The notes under the pieces were generated by a model. That model made no database searches. It saw nothing but the letters and a program-made list of their open reading frames with translations, and had not been told where the DNA came from. DNA of 64,000 nt from Cellvibrionaceae bacterium (lineage in GTDB: Bacteria > Pseudomonadota > Gammaproteobacteria > Pseudomonadales > Cellvibrionaceae). The position numbers were made by a program, and so were the translations under genes. The DNA is taken from assembly GCA_040880205.1 (NCBI GenBank), contig JBBDIU010000142.1, positions 2,884 to 66,883 on the forward strand, read 5' to 3'. Shown piece after piece: positions 61,896 through 64,000 of the stretch (position 1 is the first letter of the stretch; the number at the start of each line of letters is the position of its first letter).

Positions 61896-64000
<2,105 letters not shown>

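Overview
Mostly core-chromosome DNA from a gammaproteobacterium, close to the replication origin. Gene order is Pseudomonadales/Cellvibrionales-like (an inference from synteny). Left to right: an accessory block (mlaA, 7TM-GGDEF cyclase, di-haem cytochrome c, HIT, DUF3089); lptM-lysA-dapF-DUF484-xerC; sutA; a sigma54/NtrC-type nitrogen cluster (TorF porin-glnK-amtB plus a second glnK); ubiK-comM, csp and rep; cytochromes c5/c4 with tandem dsbA genes; yihA/polA; znuA/zur-znuCB; a caa3-type cytochrome oxidase cluster with no ctaA; prlC, aroE-hemF-tsaC-purE-dprA; def-fmt-rsmB-trkAH; glyQS-gmhB-plsC; and the 3' part of gyrB. I found no tRNA, rRNA, CRISPR array, transposase or prophage. The most interesting signal is non-coding. 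The polA-yihA gap (the Spot42/ErsA position) holds two tandem minus-strand sRNA candidates, each with its own sigmaE-type promoter and terminator. One has three hairpins with a repeated GCCC(C)A loop. The other carries a 13-nt seed perfectly complementary to the coxB-stop/coxA ribosome-binding site 13 kb away in this window. Also present are CTAG-rich heptamer arrays, a nested palindromic element with GGA loops, and several MITE-like inverted repeats. All calls come from motif reading and recall; no searches were run.
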